From: Bacillota bacterium
Lineage (GTDB): Bacteria > Bacillota > Limnochordia > Darwinibacteriales > DTU012
NCBI GenBank assembly: GCA_012798795.1
Contig: JAAZMN010000131.1
Coordinates: 1 to 46,048 of the forward strand
DNA length: 46,048 nucleotides
Reading direction: 5' to 3'
Shown: positions 8,820-18,169 of the stretch, piece after piece
How the letters are laid out: each line of letters opens with the position of its first letter
Position numbering within the stretch: the first letter of the stretch is position 1
Notes under the pieces: generated by a model
What the model saw: only the letters and a program-made list of their open reading frames with translations
Databases searched by the model: none
What the model was told of the DNA's origin: nothing
Made by a program: the position numbers and the translations under genes

Positions 8820-9704
8820 ATGAATCTAGAAAAGTATCTTAAAGAGAAGGCTGAGATTATCGAAAGAGCATTGGTAGATAGATTACCCAGTGAAAATACA
8901 GTTCCTCATGTGATTCATCAGGCCATGCGTTATTCCTGTTTGGGCGGGGGTAAACGCCTGCGTGCTATTTTAGCTTTAGAAGCCTGCAGCGCAGTGGGGG
9001 GGAATCCTGAAACTGTCCTGGATTTTGCTTGTGCAATCGAAATGATTCATGCATACTCGCTAATTCATGATGATCTTCCAGCCATGGATGATGACGATTA
9101 CCGCCGCGGTAAATTAACGAATCATAAAGTTTATGGAGAAGGGATTGCCGTATTAGCCGGCGATGCTTTATTAACTCATGCTTTTGAAATTTTAACTTAC
9201 ATGAGCAAGTATTTAGACGCTGAAATGGTAGTACAGATAATTAAAGAAGTAAGTGAAGCTTGTGGGTCTCAGGGTTTAATAGGGGGACAAGTAGTCGATC
9301 TAAAATCCGAAGGCGAAAATATTGATCTTAATACATTAGAATATATCTATCAAAATAAAACCGGGAAATTGATTTTGGTAGCTTTACGGGGAGGTGCTAT
9401 CATCGGCGGAGCAACTGCTCAGCAATTAGCAGCCGTTACTTTATATGGCGAGAACTTTGGATTAGCGTTTCAGATAACTGATGATATCCTCGATGTTGTC
9501 GGTGATACAAGTAAGTTAGGTAAAGAAGTCGGAGCTGATTTACGACGCCAAAAATCAACATACCCTAGTTTATTTGGTTTGACCAAAGCCAGAGAAATTG
9601 CTAAAAACTGTATCAGCCAATGTGAAAAAGCTTTAGTCGTTCTACCCAAACGGAATGATTATTTGCATGCATTAGCTAGGTTTGTGTTGGAACGGGAGTA
9701 TTAG
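8820..9704 (+). CDS. ispA: Farnesyl diphosphate synthase (polyprenyl synthetase)
   Basis: The first Asp-rich motif (LIHDDLPAMDDDDYRRG) and the second (ITDDILD) are both present. The start is ATG 8820, since the 8730 extension overlaps xseB and has no support. Confidence 0.9.
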   Translation: MNLEKYLKEKAEIIERALVDRLPSENTVPHVIHQAMRYSCLGGGKRLRAILALEACSAVGGNPETVLDFACAIEMIHAYSLIHDDLPAMDDDDYRRGKLTNHKVYGEGIAVLAGDALLTHAFEILTYMSKYLDAEMVVQIIKEVSEACGSQGLIGGQVVDLKSEGENIDLNTLEYIYQNKTGKLILVALRGGAIIGGATAQQLAAVTLYGENFGLAFQITDDILDVVGDTSKLGKEVGADLRRQKSTYPSLFGLTKAREIAKNCISQCEKALVVLPKRNDYLHALARFVLEREY

Positions 9705-9709
9705 ATTTA

Positions 9710-9738
9710 TTGCTGATTATTTATTGATATGATATAAT
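9710..9738 (+). promoter_or_regulatory. Putative sigma-A promoter with extended -10, directly after the ispA stop
   Basis: TTGCTG (9710-9715), a 17-nt spacer, then TGaTATAAT (TG 9730-9731, TATAAT 9733-9738). The predicted start lies about 10 nt upstream of the closing helix of the large RNA. Confidence 0.45.
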
Positions 9739-9752
9739 AAGTATTGCTTAAG

Positions 9753-10364
9753 GATGAATGACGCAGTATTCTAGTCATTGATTTCAGTTCAAAGACGGGC
9801 CTAAAAATCCGTTGAGGGCATAACGATGAAGTCCCTGGTGGTGGCCTTCTACGCCCAGTCGAGGGTTGCTAGTGGGGGTTAAGATGGTAGGGCGATCTAC
9901 AATGGCATGTAGGCGTTGACCCTTTCATCATGGAGACCTAAGTTTGTGGATGTGCGGGAGACTGTACATTTATGGCTTAGGAGAGAACCTGCACTCGGTA
10001 CGTAAACATAGTATTATTTGCACTAATGTGCGGGGTGCAGAGTAGCCTGCCTTGAGCGGTGTAGGAGGGATAGCTATTTTTCCATTAGGCTGCCAAAGGC
10101 CAAGGCACCTATTGCTTGAAACTTACACTGCAAAAGAGGCTAGAATTGAATAATCAATGTTGAGGAAAACTCCTAGACTGTTTCCTTTGCGAAAGTGGGC
10201 TGAGGATTACGGTGTGGACTAAGTGGTAATCTAGCCTTGCTGATGGTGACACAGCGAAAAGATCGGAAAAGGGAAACCGCCGACTACGGTGACGAGTTGG
10301 ATGATCTTTGGGAAAACCTGCTAGACCTAAGTCACAATCTTTACTCACTCCGCTGTCATTCATC
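9753..10364 (+). ncRNA. ole: OLE (ornate, large, extremophilic) RNA, about 612 nt
   Basis: The 685-nt gap has no credible plus-strand ORF. A 10-bp closing helix pairs GATGAATGAC (9753-9762) with GTCATTCATC (10355-10364). Several nested helices are listed in findings. The segment looks more G+C-rich than its flanks. The locus ispA-[RNA]-membrane protein-dxs matches the published OLE context. Confidence 0.8.
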
Positions 10365-10389
10365 TACATATTTATAGGGAAAGGGTCTT

Positions 10390-10974
10390 ATGAAAAACAT
10401 TAGGCACAGTCTATTTATAGGTTTAATTACATTTTTTATTTCGGTAATCATTAACCTTAGTAGTTCTGCAATTTTGGCCGTATCTCCCGTTACTGTCAGT
10501 TTTATACTGCTGTTTTTTATTGTGTTATTAGGGATAGTTTTTGACATTATCGGAACTGCAGCAGCAGCAGGTACTGAAGCACCCTTCCATGCTATGGCTT
10601 CGGATCGGATTGCCGGAGCCAAACAGAGTATCTGGTTAGTGCGTAATGCGGATAAGGTAGCTACATTTTCTAACGATGTTGTTGGAGATATTGCCGGTAC
10701 AATCAGCGGTGCCATCGGTGCATCCATCATTTTTCATTTCACCCTTGGAGGTCCAAGAATTAACGCAGATGTAATTAATACATTTTTAATTGGATTTATT
10801 GCGGCAGTAACAGTAGCGGGAAAAGCAATAGGGAAAAGTGCTGCAATTTCTCGTTCTACAGAGATACTGTATTTAGCTGGTAGAGTTCTTTATAATATAG
10901 AGAAATTAGGAATAGATATCACGGGAAATACAAAGGATAAACGGAAATTTAATAATGAAAAGAAAAGAAATTAA
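10390..10974 (+). CDS. oapA: OLE-associated protein A-like small membrane protein
   Basis: 194 aa with about four TM helices, a conserved-looking loop (APFHAMASDRIAGAKQS...FSNDVVGDIAGTISGA) and a Lys/Arg-rich C-terminal tail (KDKRKFNNEKKRN). It begins 25 nt after the RNA closing helix with no terminator between them, in the position of oapA between OLE and dxs. Confidence 0.75.
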   Translation: MKNIRHSLFIGLITFFISVIINLSSSAILAVSPVTVSFILLFFIVLLGIVFDIIGTAAAAGTEAPFHAMASDRIAGAKQSIWLVRNADKVATFSNDVVGDIAGTISGAIGASIIFHFTLGGPRINADVINTFLIGFIAAVTVAGKAIGKSAAISRSTEILYLAGRVLYNIEKLGIDITGNTKDKRKFNNEKKRN

Positions 10975-11011
10975 AAAAGAAACCATGATTCTAGAAAGGA
11001 GATTATAGCTG

Positions 11012-12871
11012 TTGCTTGAAAACATTCAATCTCCTCAGGAATTACATAAACTTAATTTGTTTGAGCTAACAGAGTTAGCTGAAGAAATACGCCAAAAAAT
11101 CATTTCTACAGTTGTTACTACGGGAGGGCATTTAGGAGCTAATTTAGGAGTTGTTGAGCTTACGTTAGCACTGCATTCTGTATTAAACAGTCCGGAAGAC
11201 AAGATAATTTGGGATGTTGGGCATCAGTGTTATCCGCATAAATTAATCACAGGACGCTACAATGATTTTGATTCTTTAAGGCAGAAGGGCGGTATATCAG
11301 GATTTCCCAATCCGGATGAGAGTCCTTACGATTGTTTTGGTGTAGGCCACAGTTCTACATCAATTTCTGCAGCTGCAGGTATGGCTATAGCACGCGATAT
11401 ACAAAACAAGGATTTTGTAGTGGCAGCTGTTATCGGAGATGGAGCGCTGACCGGTGGTTTAGCTTTTGAAGCCCTTAACCATGCGGGCCAATTAGATACC
11501 GATTTGGTTGTCGTGTTAAACGATAATGCTATGTCAATTGCTAATAATGTAGGAGCATTAAATAACTACTTAAATAAGCTGCGTCTAGATCCTAAGTTAT
11601 GGCGGGCTAGAACCGAACTTGAGAGTTTCATTAAGCGTATTCCGGCTGTCGGTGAAGTGATGAGTAAATTTGGATTAACACTTAAAGATACAATTAAGAG
11701 TTTACTTCCCGGTCAGCTTTTTGAAGAACTGGGTTTTAGTTATTTCGGCCCGTTTGATGGCCATAACATTAGGCAGCTGCAGAGAGCAATTAAAGATGGT
11801 ATAGCCCGCGGAGGTCCAGTTATTATTCATGCAGTAACTCAAAAAGGCAGGGGCTACGCTCCTGCTGAAGAGGAACCCAGCAAATATCACGGGCTTCGCC
11901 CAAGTAATCAAAGTACTTCTAGACAGTGTACTAGTGTATCCACCAGTTTCAGTTCGGTTTTTGGCGATAGTTTAGTTGAACTTGCCGACCAAGAACGAAG
12001 AATAGTTGCAGTAACAGCTGCGATGAAAGATGGTACAGGACTAACTAAATTTGCCGACAAATATCCCGAACGATTTTTTGATGTAGGTATTGCCGAGCAG
12101 CATGCACTTACATTTTCTGCTGGATTGGCAATTCAAGGTTTAAGACCTGTTGTAGCTGTATATTCTACTTTTTTACAGAGAGCTTATGATCAAATAGTAC
12201 ATGATATTTGTCTGCAAAATTTACCGGTGATTATTGCGATTGATCGAGGTGGTGTAGTTGGCGATGACGGACCCACTCATCACGGTATATTTGATCTTAG
12301 TTATTTAAGGCATATTCCCAATTTAACTTTATTAGCACCGAGAAACGGCGATGAGTTAAAGGCCATGCTTAAATGGGCACTTGCTCAGAATGGTCCAGTA
12401 GCCATTCGTTATGCGAAAGCAAATACGAGTATATCTCAAGAGATTACTTTTGCCGAGGAACACCAAATACCCAGTGAGGTTTTAACTTATGGCAGCAGCA
12501 CATGTGCCATTCTTGCTGTCGGTAATATGGTCGATGTGGCACTTGAGGCAGCTGTTATTTTAGAACCCGATATTAAATGCAGTGTAGTCAATGTCCGTTC
12601 TATTAAACCGCTGGACAAGTCTACGATTTTAGCAGTAGCAGGTCAAGCCGACCTGATCTGCACAGTTGAAGACAATGTTATTGCCGGGGGTTTCGGCAGT
12701 TGTATATTGGAATTGTTCAGAGAACAGGATGGGAAAAAAAGGATCATTAATTTTGGTTATCCTGATCAGTTTGTTCCGCAAGCAAGAATTGATGAATTAC
12801 ATAGAATGTATAATTTGACTTCCGAAGGTCTGGCAAAAGAAATTTATGCTTGTGCGGTTTTAAATCATTAG
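11012..12871 (+). CDS. dxs: 1-deoxy-D-xylulose-5-phosphate synthase
   Basis: 619 aa with a TTG start after AGGAG. Motifs include GGHLGANLGVVELT, the ThDP motif GDGALTGGLAFEALN...LNDN and AEQHALTF. Confidence 0.95.
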   Translation: MLENIQSPQELHKLNLFELTELAEEIRQKIISTVVTTGGHLGANLGVVELTLALHSVLNSPEDKIIWDVGHQCYPHKLITGRYNDFDSLRQKGGISGFPNPDESPYDCFGVGHSSTSISAAAGMAIARDIQNKDFVVAAVIGDGALTGGLAFEALNHAGQLDTDLVVVLNDNAMSIANNVGALNNYLNKLRLDPKLWRARTELESFIKRIPAVGEVMSKFGLTLKDTIKSLLPGQLFEELGFSYFGPFDGHNIRQLQRAIKDGIARGGPVIIHAVTQKGRGYAPAEEEPSKYHGLRPSNQSTSRQCTSVSTSFSSVFGDSLVELADQERRIVAVTAAMKDGTGLTKFADKYPERFFDVGIAEQHALTFSAGLAIQGLRPVVAVYSTFLQRAYDQIVHDICLQNLPVIIAIDRGGVVGDDGPTHHGIFDLSYLRHIPNLTLLAPRNGDELKAMLKWALAQNGPVAIRYAKANTSISQEITFAEEHQIPSEVLTYGSSTCAILAVGNMVDVALEAAVILEPDIKCSVVNVRSIKPLDKSTILAVAGQADLICTVEDNVIAGGFGSCILELFREQDGKKRIINFGYPDQFVPQARIDELHRMYNLTSEGLAKEIYACAVLNH

Positions 12872-12891
12872 CCTCGTTTAAGGAGATTTTC

Positions 12892-13701
12892 ATGGCTAAA
12901 CAGAAAACAAGAATTGATCGATTATTGGTTGAGAAAGGTTTTTTTGCATCGAGAGAACAGGCAAAACGTTCCATAATGGCCGGCCTAGTTTTTGTTGACG
13001 ATCAAAGGATTGATAAACCGGGCACTATTGTAGATGCAATGCTGCCAATTAGAATAAAAGGTAATCCCTGCCCATATGTCAGCCGCGGCGGACTAAAACT
13101 GGCCAAGGCATTGGCTGTTTTTGACATTAATGTACAAGATCTAACTGCTATTGATGTGGGGGCATCTACAGGAGGGTTTACTGATTGCTTACTCCAAAAT
13201 GGTGCGGCAAAGGTCTATGCCGTTGATGTTGGTTATGGTCAACTAGATTGGAGATTGCGCAATGATCCTAGAGTAGTAGTCATGGAGCGAACAAATATTC
13301 GTTATCTAGCAGGTGAACAGTTACAAGAATTAGTTCAGCTTGCTGTAATTGATGTGGCTTTCATATCATTGACAAAATTTTTTGAAAATCTTTTACAGTT
13401 GCTGTGCTCAGATGGGCAGATAATTGCTTTAGTTAAGCCTCAATTTGAAGCCGGCCGTGAATTTGTCGGTAAAAAAGGCGTTGTTCGTGATTTAAATGTA
13501 CATTGTACCCTTCTGCTGAGGTTATTATCTCAGTTACAGGAGTTTGGTGCTGGATTAGTGGCCCTTGATTACTCACCGATTCGCGGTCCGGCAGGTAATG
13601 TTGAATATTTAGCTTATTTTCGCAAAGATCGAATAAGAATTGATGTGAATGAATTGGTATGTCAAACGGTAGAATCAGCCAAAAAGTTCTTTAAGCTGTG
13701 A
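12892..13701 (+). CDS. tlyA: TlyA-family rRNA (cytidine-2'-O)-methyltransferase
   Basis: An S4 domain (RIDRLLVEKGFFASREQAKRSIMAG) plus an FtsJ-like methyltransferase domain (DVGASTGGFTDCLLQNGA). ATG 12892 follows AAGGAG. Confidence 0.9.
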   Translation: MAKQKTRIDRLLVEKGFFASREQAKRSIMAGLVFVDDQRIDKPGTIVDAMLPIRIKGNPCPYVSRGGLKLAKALAVFDINVQDLTAIDVGASTGGFTDCLLQNGAAKVYAVDVGYGQLDWRLRNDPRVVVMERTNIRYLAGEQLQELVQLAVIDVAFISLTKFFENLLQLLCSDGQIIALVKPQFEAGREFVGKKGVVRDLNVHCTLLLRLLSQLQEFGAGLVALDYSPIRGPAGNVEYLAYFRKDRIRIDVNELVCQTVESAKKFFKL

Positions 13702-13721
13702 TATATGTGGGGTGAGAAGCG

Positions 13722-14597
13722 ATGAAAATTGGAATTATGCCACATACGGGAAAGAAGCTGGCTTTGGAATTGACTAAAAAAACAGTCAATTATCTTGAAG
13801 CAAAATCGATTATTCCTTGGATTGACGGTGAATCTGCTGCTCTAATCCAGCGTAATGATTTGGCACAGACGGAAAGTGGGTTAAAAAATCTTGATGTTAT
13901 GGTTGTTTTAGGTGGAGATGGAACGCTTTTAAGAGCTGCCCGAACTATGTCTGACTACAATGTACCGATTCTAGGTGTCAATGTAGGACATTTAGGTTTT
14001 CTTACCGAATTAGAGGCAGATAAGATTGAAGCTGCACTAGATATGATTATTAGCAAGAATTACACTTTAGATGAGCGAATGTTTATTGAGTGTAAAGTCA
14101 TCCGCAATAAACGTCTGGCTGCCAGCTACCGAGCTTTAAATGATGTAGTAATTACTCGCGGAACTTTTGCCCGTATAATTCAGCTGAGTACTTATGTGGA
14201 TTCACAACATGTGGTAGATTACCAGGCAGACGGTATTATTATTGCTACTCCTACCGGTTCGACTGCCTATTCGTTGTCTGCAGGTGGGCCAATTGTAGAG
14301 CCTTCATTGGATTGTCTAATTATTACTCCAATCTGTCCTCATACATTGGCAGCACGATCTTTTGTTGTACGCCATGATTCGGTTGTTGAGGTAAAGGTAG
14401 AAGCAAATCATGAAGATATGATGTTAACGATTGACGGGCAAATTAGCTTTCCTCTGCAGAGTTATGACTTGATTGAAGTAGTTCAGTCTACTATCAAGGC
14501 TAAATTTGTGAAATTACATCAGCGTAGTTTTTTCACAATCTTGAATAATCGGATGAAGTCAATTCAAACGAGAAAGGAATACGAAAGTGAAGGTTAG
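13722..14597 (+). CDS. nadK: NAD kinase
   Basis: GGDGTLL motif, NVGHLGFLTE and ATPTGSTAYSLSAGGPIV. Confidence 0.9.
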   Translation: MKIGIMPHTGKKLALELTKKTVNYLEAKSIIPWIDGESAALIQRNDLAQTESGLKNLDVMVVLGGDGTLLRAARTMSDYNVPILGVNVGHLGFLTELEADKIEAALDMIISKNYTLDERMFIECKVIRNKRLAASYRALNDVVITRGTFARIIQLSTYVDSQHVVDYQADGIIIATPTGSTAYSLSAGGPIVEPSLDCLIITPICPHTLAARSFVVRHDSVVEVKVEANHEDMMLTIDGQISFPLQSYDLIEVVQSTIKAKFVKLHQRSFFTILNNRMKSIQTRKEYESEG

Positions 14598-15066
14598 ACG
14601 TCAAGCGTTTATTTTGAAAATAATAAAAGAGATAGATATTGATACTCAGGAAGAGTTAATGAGATACCTTCATCAAGGAGGATTCAATGTTACTCAAGCT
14701 ACAGTATCACGGGATATTAAGGAACTGCGGTTAGCTAAAGTACCAAATGGCAAAGGAGGGTATAAATATTCTCTGCCGCCTGGAATGACCAAAGGTGATC
14801 TAAATCGCCGTGCTCGTAGAGTTTTTCAAGACTATGTTCATCATATCGATTTTAGTGGTAATTTATTAGTAGTGAAAACCTATCCCGGCGGAGCACACGC
14901 TGTAGCGGCTGTATTAGATGAACTGGAATGGGAAGGCGTGGTGGCAACTTTGGCAGGAGATGATACTATAATTTTAATTGTTAGAAACGAAGAAGATATG
15001 CATTTAACGAGGCCTAGAGGTTTGGCAGGAGAATTATATGCTCAGCTAGAAGAATTGTTCCAGTGA
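14587..15066 (+). CDS. argR: Arginine repressor
   Basis: A winged-helix N-terminus (TQEELMRYLHQGGFNVTQATVSRDIKEL) and a C-terminal oligomerisation domain (GTLAGDDTIILI). The GTG start overlaps the nadK end. Confidence 0.9.
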   Translation: MKVRRQAFILKIIKEIDIDTQEELMRYLHQGGFNVTQATVSRDIKELRLAKVPNGKGGYKYSLPPGMTKGDLNRRARRVFQDYVHHIDFSGNLLVVKTYPGGAHAVAAVLDELEWEGVVATLAGDDTIILIVRNEEDMHLTRPRGLAGELYAQLEELFQ

Positions 15067-15083
15067 CAATGAGGTGATTCATT

Positions 15084-16757
15084 TTGCTGAAGGAACTACA
15101 GATAAGTGGGTTTGCTCTGATTGAAAAAGTAGAAATGTCATTCTATTCTGGCTTTAGTGTGTTAACTGGTGAGACCGGAGCAGGAAAATCCATTATTATT
15201 GATGCTCTTAGTTTATTGCTGGGAGCTCGAGCTTCTGTTGAAATGATCAGAACAGGCAGCGAAAGTGCTATAATTGAAGGATTATTTGAACCACCTGATG
15301 CTGTTTATCCTATTTTAGAACAATGGGGTTTTGATCTTGCAGATGAATTGATCATTACACGTGAAATCTATCGAAATGGAAGAAATAAATGCAGGATTAA
15401 TGGAAATCTAGTCACTGTCGGCCAATTAGTGCAAGTAGGACAGCATTTAGTCGATATTTTGGGGCAGCTGGATCATCAAAATATCTTAGATACTACTAAG
15501 CACATGGATATTTTGGACTCCTTTGCCGATCAAGAACATGAGCAATTAATCCAGCAGGTTTCAGCAGGTTTTCAAGAGTATCAGCGGGTCAAAAAAGCAA
15601 GAATGCACCTGCAAACACAAGAACGAGAAAGATTATCAAGAATTGATTTACTGCAATTTCAGATTCAAGAAATCGAACAAGCTGAGATATACGTTGGTGA
15701 GGAAGAAGAATTAACATCGAAACGCGATGTACTGGCTAATATTGAAAAAATTACTACTACAGCTGAAAGTGCTTATAGTAGACTGCAGGAGGAGACTCCC
15801 AATCAACCTGCAATATATGATATGCTGGCTCAGGTTGCTGACGAATTAGCGAGTTTGACAAGATATGATCAAAACATGATACCGATTATTGATATGTTTA
15901 AAGATGCATTAGTACAGCTTGATGAAGGTTCAACGGATTTACGCCGGTATATTGAAAGTTTCGATCGGGATCCTAAATCTTTGGAAATAATTGAGGAACG
16001 CTTGACTGTATTGCGAGCTTTAAAACGAAAATATGGTGATAGTGAACAAGATATTCTGGATTACTATCAAAAGAGTAAAATAGAGTTAGATGATCTTTTA
16101 GACAGCGAAAGTAGAATCGAACATCTTATTGAAGAAGAAAGCAGATTATTTAGTCAGCTAAATGACTTAACCGAAATGTTAACCCAAAAACGACGTGAAT
16201 GTGCTTTAAAGGTTGAGCGAAATATAGAGCTACAGTTAGCTGAAGTTAATATGGAACGTACTAGATTTATGGTGGAAATCAGTGCTGCAGAGCTAAATAA
16301 AAAAGGAAAAGATAGAGTAGAGTTTAAGATTTCTCCCAACATAGGTGAAGAGTTAAAACCGCTTGCAAAGATTGCCTCTGGCGGAGAAATGTCCCGTATT
16401 ATGCTGGCATTGAAAAACTGTTTGGCAGAAGCCGAGAAAATCCCTACTCTAATTTTTGACGAAGTCGATAGTGGAATTGGAGGAAGAACTGCCCAAAAAA
16501 TTGCAGTAAAATTACAAACATTAAGCAGTAAATTTCAAATATTTTCGGTAACACATCTGCCAATAGTGGCAAGCTATGCTAAGTATCATTATTATATTGA
16601 AAAACATGAAACTAATGGAAGAACAGTCGTGAAGGTTTCATTACTTGATCACCAAGGCCGAGTTGATGAATTAGTAAGGATGCTTGGTGGAAAAAGCAAT
16701 CAGAAAATTACTACCGCCCATGCCAAAGAACTTTTAAAACATGCAAATACCAGCTAG
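15084..16757 (+). CDS. recN: DNA repair protein RecN
   Basis: Walker A motif (LTGETGAGKSIIIDAL), a long coiled-coil, the SMC signature SGGEMSRIMLAL and Walker B (LIFDEVDSGIGG). Confidence 0.92.
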   Translation: MLKELQISGFALIEKVEMSFYSGFSVLTGETGAGKSIIIDALSLLLGARASVEMIRTGSESAIIEGLFEPPDAVYPILEQWGFDLADELIITREIYRNGRNKCRINGNLVTVGQLVQVGQHLVDILGQLDHQNILDTTKHMDILDSFADQEHEQLIQQVSAGFQEYQRVKKARMHLQTQERERLSRIDLLQFQIQEIEQAEIYVGEEEELTSKRDVLANIEKITTTAESAYSRLQEETPNQPAIYDMLAQVADELASLTRYDQNMIPIIDMFKDALVQLDEGSTDLRRYIESFDRDPKSLEIIEERLTVLRALKRKYGDSEQDILDYYQKSKIELDDLLDSESRIEHLIEEESRLFSQLNDLTEMLTQKRRECALKVERNIELQLAEVNMERTRFMVEISAAELNKKGKDRVEFKISPNIGEELKPLAKIASGGEMSRIMLALKNCLAEAEKIPTLIFDEVDSGIGGRTAQKIAVKLQTLSSKFQIFSVTHLPIVASYAKYHYYIEKHETNGRTVVKVSLLDHQGRVDELVRMLGGKSNQKITTAHAKELLKHANTS

Positions 16758-16828
16758 TTCCTGAAATATAACTATTTAAACCCGGGTAGGATACAACCAG
16801 ACACAGTTAGCTGAGGGGAGTATTTGGT

Positions 16829-18136
16829 GTGAAAAAGTGGCATTATTGGTTGTTAATTTTACCTGCGGTTTTAGTAATAATGTTAGCGGTCTCGCCTGTC
16901 TTGGCTTTATGGGCTGGAATTCCCGGAGAAATTCGGTTGTTTCCTGGAACAGAGTTTTCCCTGTCAATCCAATTGCCCTTTCGTTTGATTGACGGAAATG
17001 GATTGGATGTGACTGGTCCAAAAGGACAATTTTCTTTAATTCCTGAACAGATTGGCAAGCATCATTTTGAAGTTAAATTATTTGGCTTTATTCCTGTTCG
17101 TCAAATGATTGTCCATGTAGTACCAGAGATTAGAGTTTATCCGGGCGGTCAATCCATAGGGGTGATGGTAAATCCGATCGGATTAGTAATAAGCAGAATT
17201 GTTCCTGTGCGCGGATTGGATGGGCATGAATATTACCCGGCAAGGGATGCAGGTATACAACCTGGAGATTTAATTGTTTCCATCGGTAATCGGAAAGTCA
17301 CTCGTCCTGAGCAAGTTGGCCAGTTTGTTAATGAATTAGCCACAAAATCAAGTTGTATTGATATTGTGCTATACCGTAACGAACGATATATTCATACTTC
17401 TATTATTCCGATACTATCAATGCAAGATGATTTTAATGGCATTCAACGTCAAGTTTATTTGTTAGGGATTTTTTTGGAAGATCCTGCTTCAGGAGTAGGG
17501 ACATTGACTTTCTATGATATTTCAGGAAGATATGGTGCGTTAGGTCATACGGTTACTGACGGATTGGGCCGCAGTGTAGAAATAACAGATGGAAATATAG
17601 TTAATGCAAGTATAGATCGGATTAAACAGGGATTAAGGGGATTACCCGGTGAAAAACTTGGTGTATTCGAGATTGATCAAAGTATTGTCGGAACAATTGA
17701 TAAAAATACCAGGTTCGGTATTTTTGGAAACTTAATTCAGCAGTTGAGTAATGCTTATTTTCCCACTCCCATTCCAATTGCATTATCCCATGAAGTAGAA
17801 GTCGGGCCTGTAAAAATATACACTGTTGTTGAAGGAGAACAAATTAAGGAATTTGATGCTGAGATTACTAAGGTCGCACTACAGACACATCCGGACGATA
17901 AAGGTTTAGTTATTCGCATTACAGATCCGGTTTTACTGATGAAAACCGGTGGTATAATTCAAGGGATGAGTGGAAGTCCCATTGTTCAAAATGGTAAATT
18001 AGTCGGAGCGATAACACATGTATTCATTAATGATCCTCGTATGGGTTATGGAAGTTTCATTGAATGGATGATTTATGAAGCAGGTTTGCAGTATGACGAA
18101 AAAACCGGCAGTAGAGTATTAGCTCGTGCAAGTTAG
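16829..18136 (+). CDS. spoIVB: SpoIVB signalling serine peptidase (S55)
   Basis: GTG start after GAGGGGAG, an N-terminal TM and a PDZ region (GIQPGDLIVSIGNRKV). The S55 domain contains GTLTFYD...YGALGH and the catalytic GMSGSPI. Confidence 0.9.
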   Translation: MKKWHYWLLILPAVLVIMLAVSPVLALWAGIPGEIRLFPGTEFSLSIQLPFRLIDGNGLDVTGPKGQFSLIPEQIGKHHFEVKLFGFIPVRQMIVHVVPEIRVYPGGQSIGVMVNPIGLVISRIVPVRGLDGHEYYPARDAGIQPGDLIVSIGNRKVTRPEQVGQFVNELATKSSCIDIVLYRNERYIHTSIIPILSMQDDFNGIQRQVYLLGIFLEDPASGVGTLTFYDISGRYGALGHTVTDGLGRSVEITDGNIVNASIDRIKQGLRGLPGEKLGVFEIDQSIVGTIDKNTRFGIFGNLIQQLSNAYFPTPIPIALSHEVEVGPVKIYTVVEGEQIKEFDAEITKVALQTHPDDKGLVIRITDPVLLMKTGGIIQGMSGSPIVQNGKLVGAITHVFINDPRMGYGSFIEWMIYEAGLQYDEKTGSRVLARAS

Positions 18137-18169
18137 ATTTAGTCGGATTGTGCTTAGGAGGCGACTATA

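Noticed and set aside
10154-10730. Two minus-strand ORFs from the track (10154-10363, 69 aa; 10356-10730, 124 aa) overlapping the large RNA and the 5' part of the oapA-like gene
   Set aside because: Neither has an RBS, and both have low-complexity or odd composition. One runs antisense to a well-supported membrane-protein ORF. The other lies inside the base-paired 3' domain of the structured RNA. They are best explained as chance ORFs.
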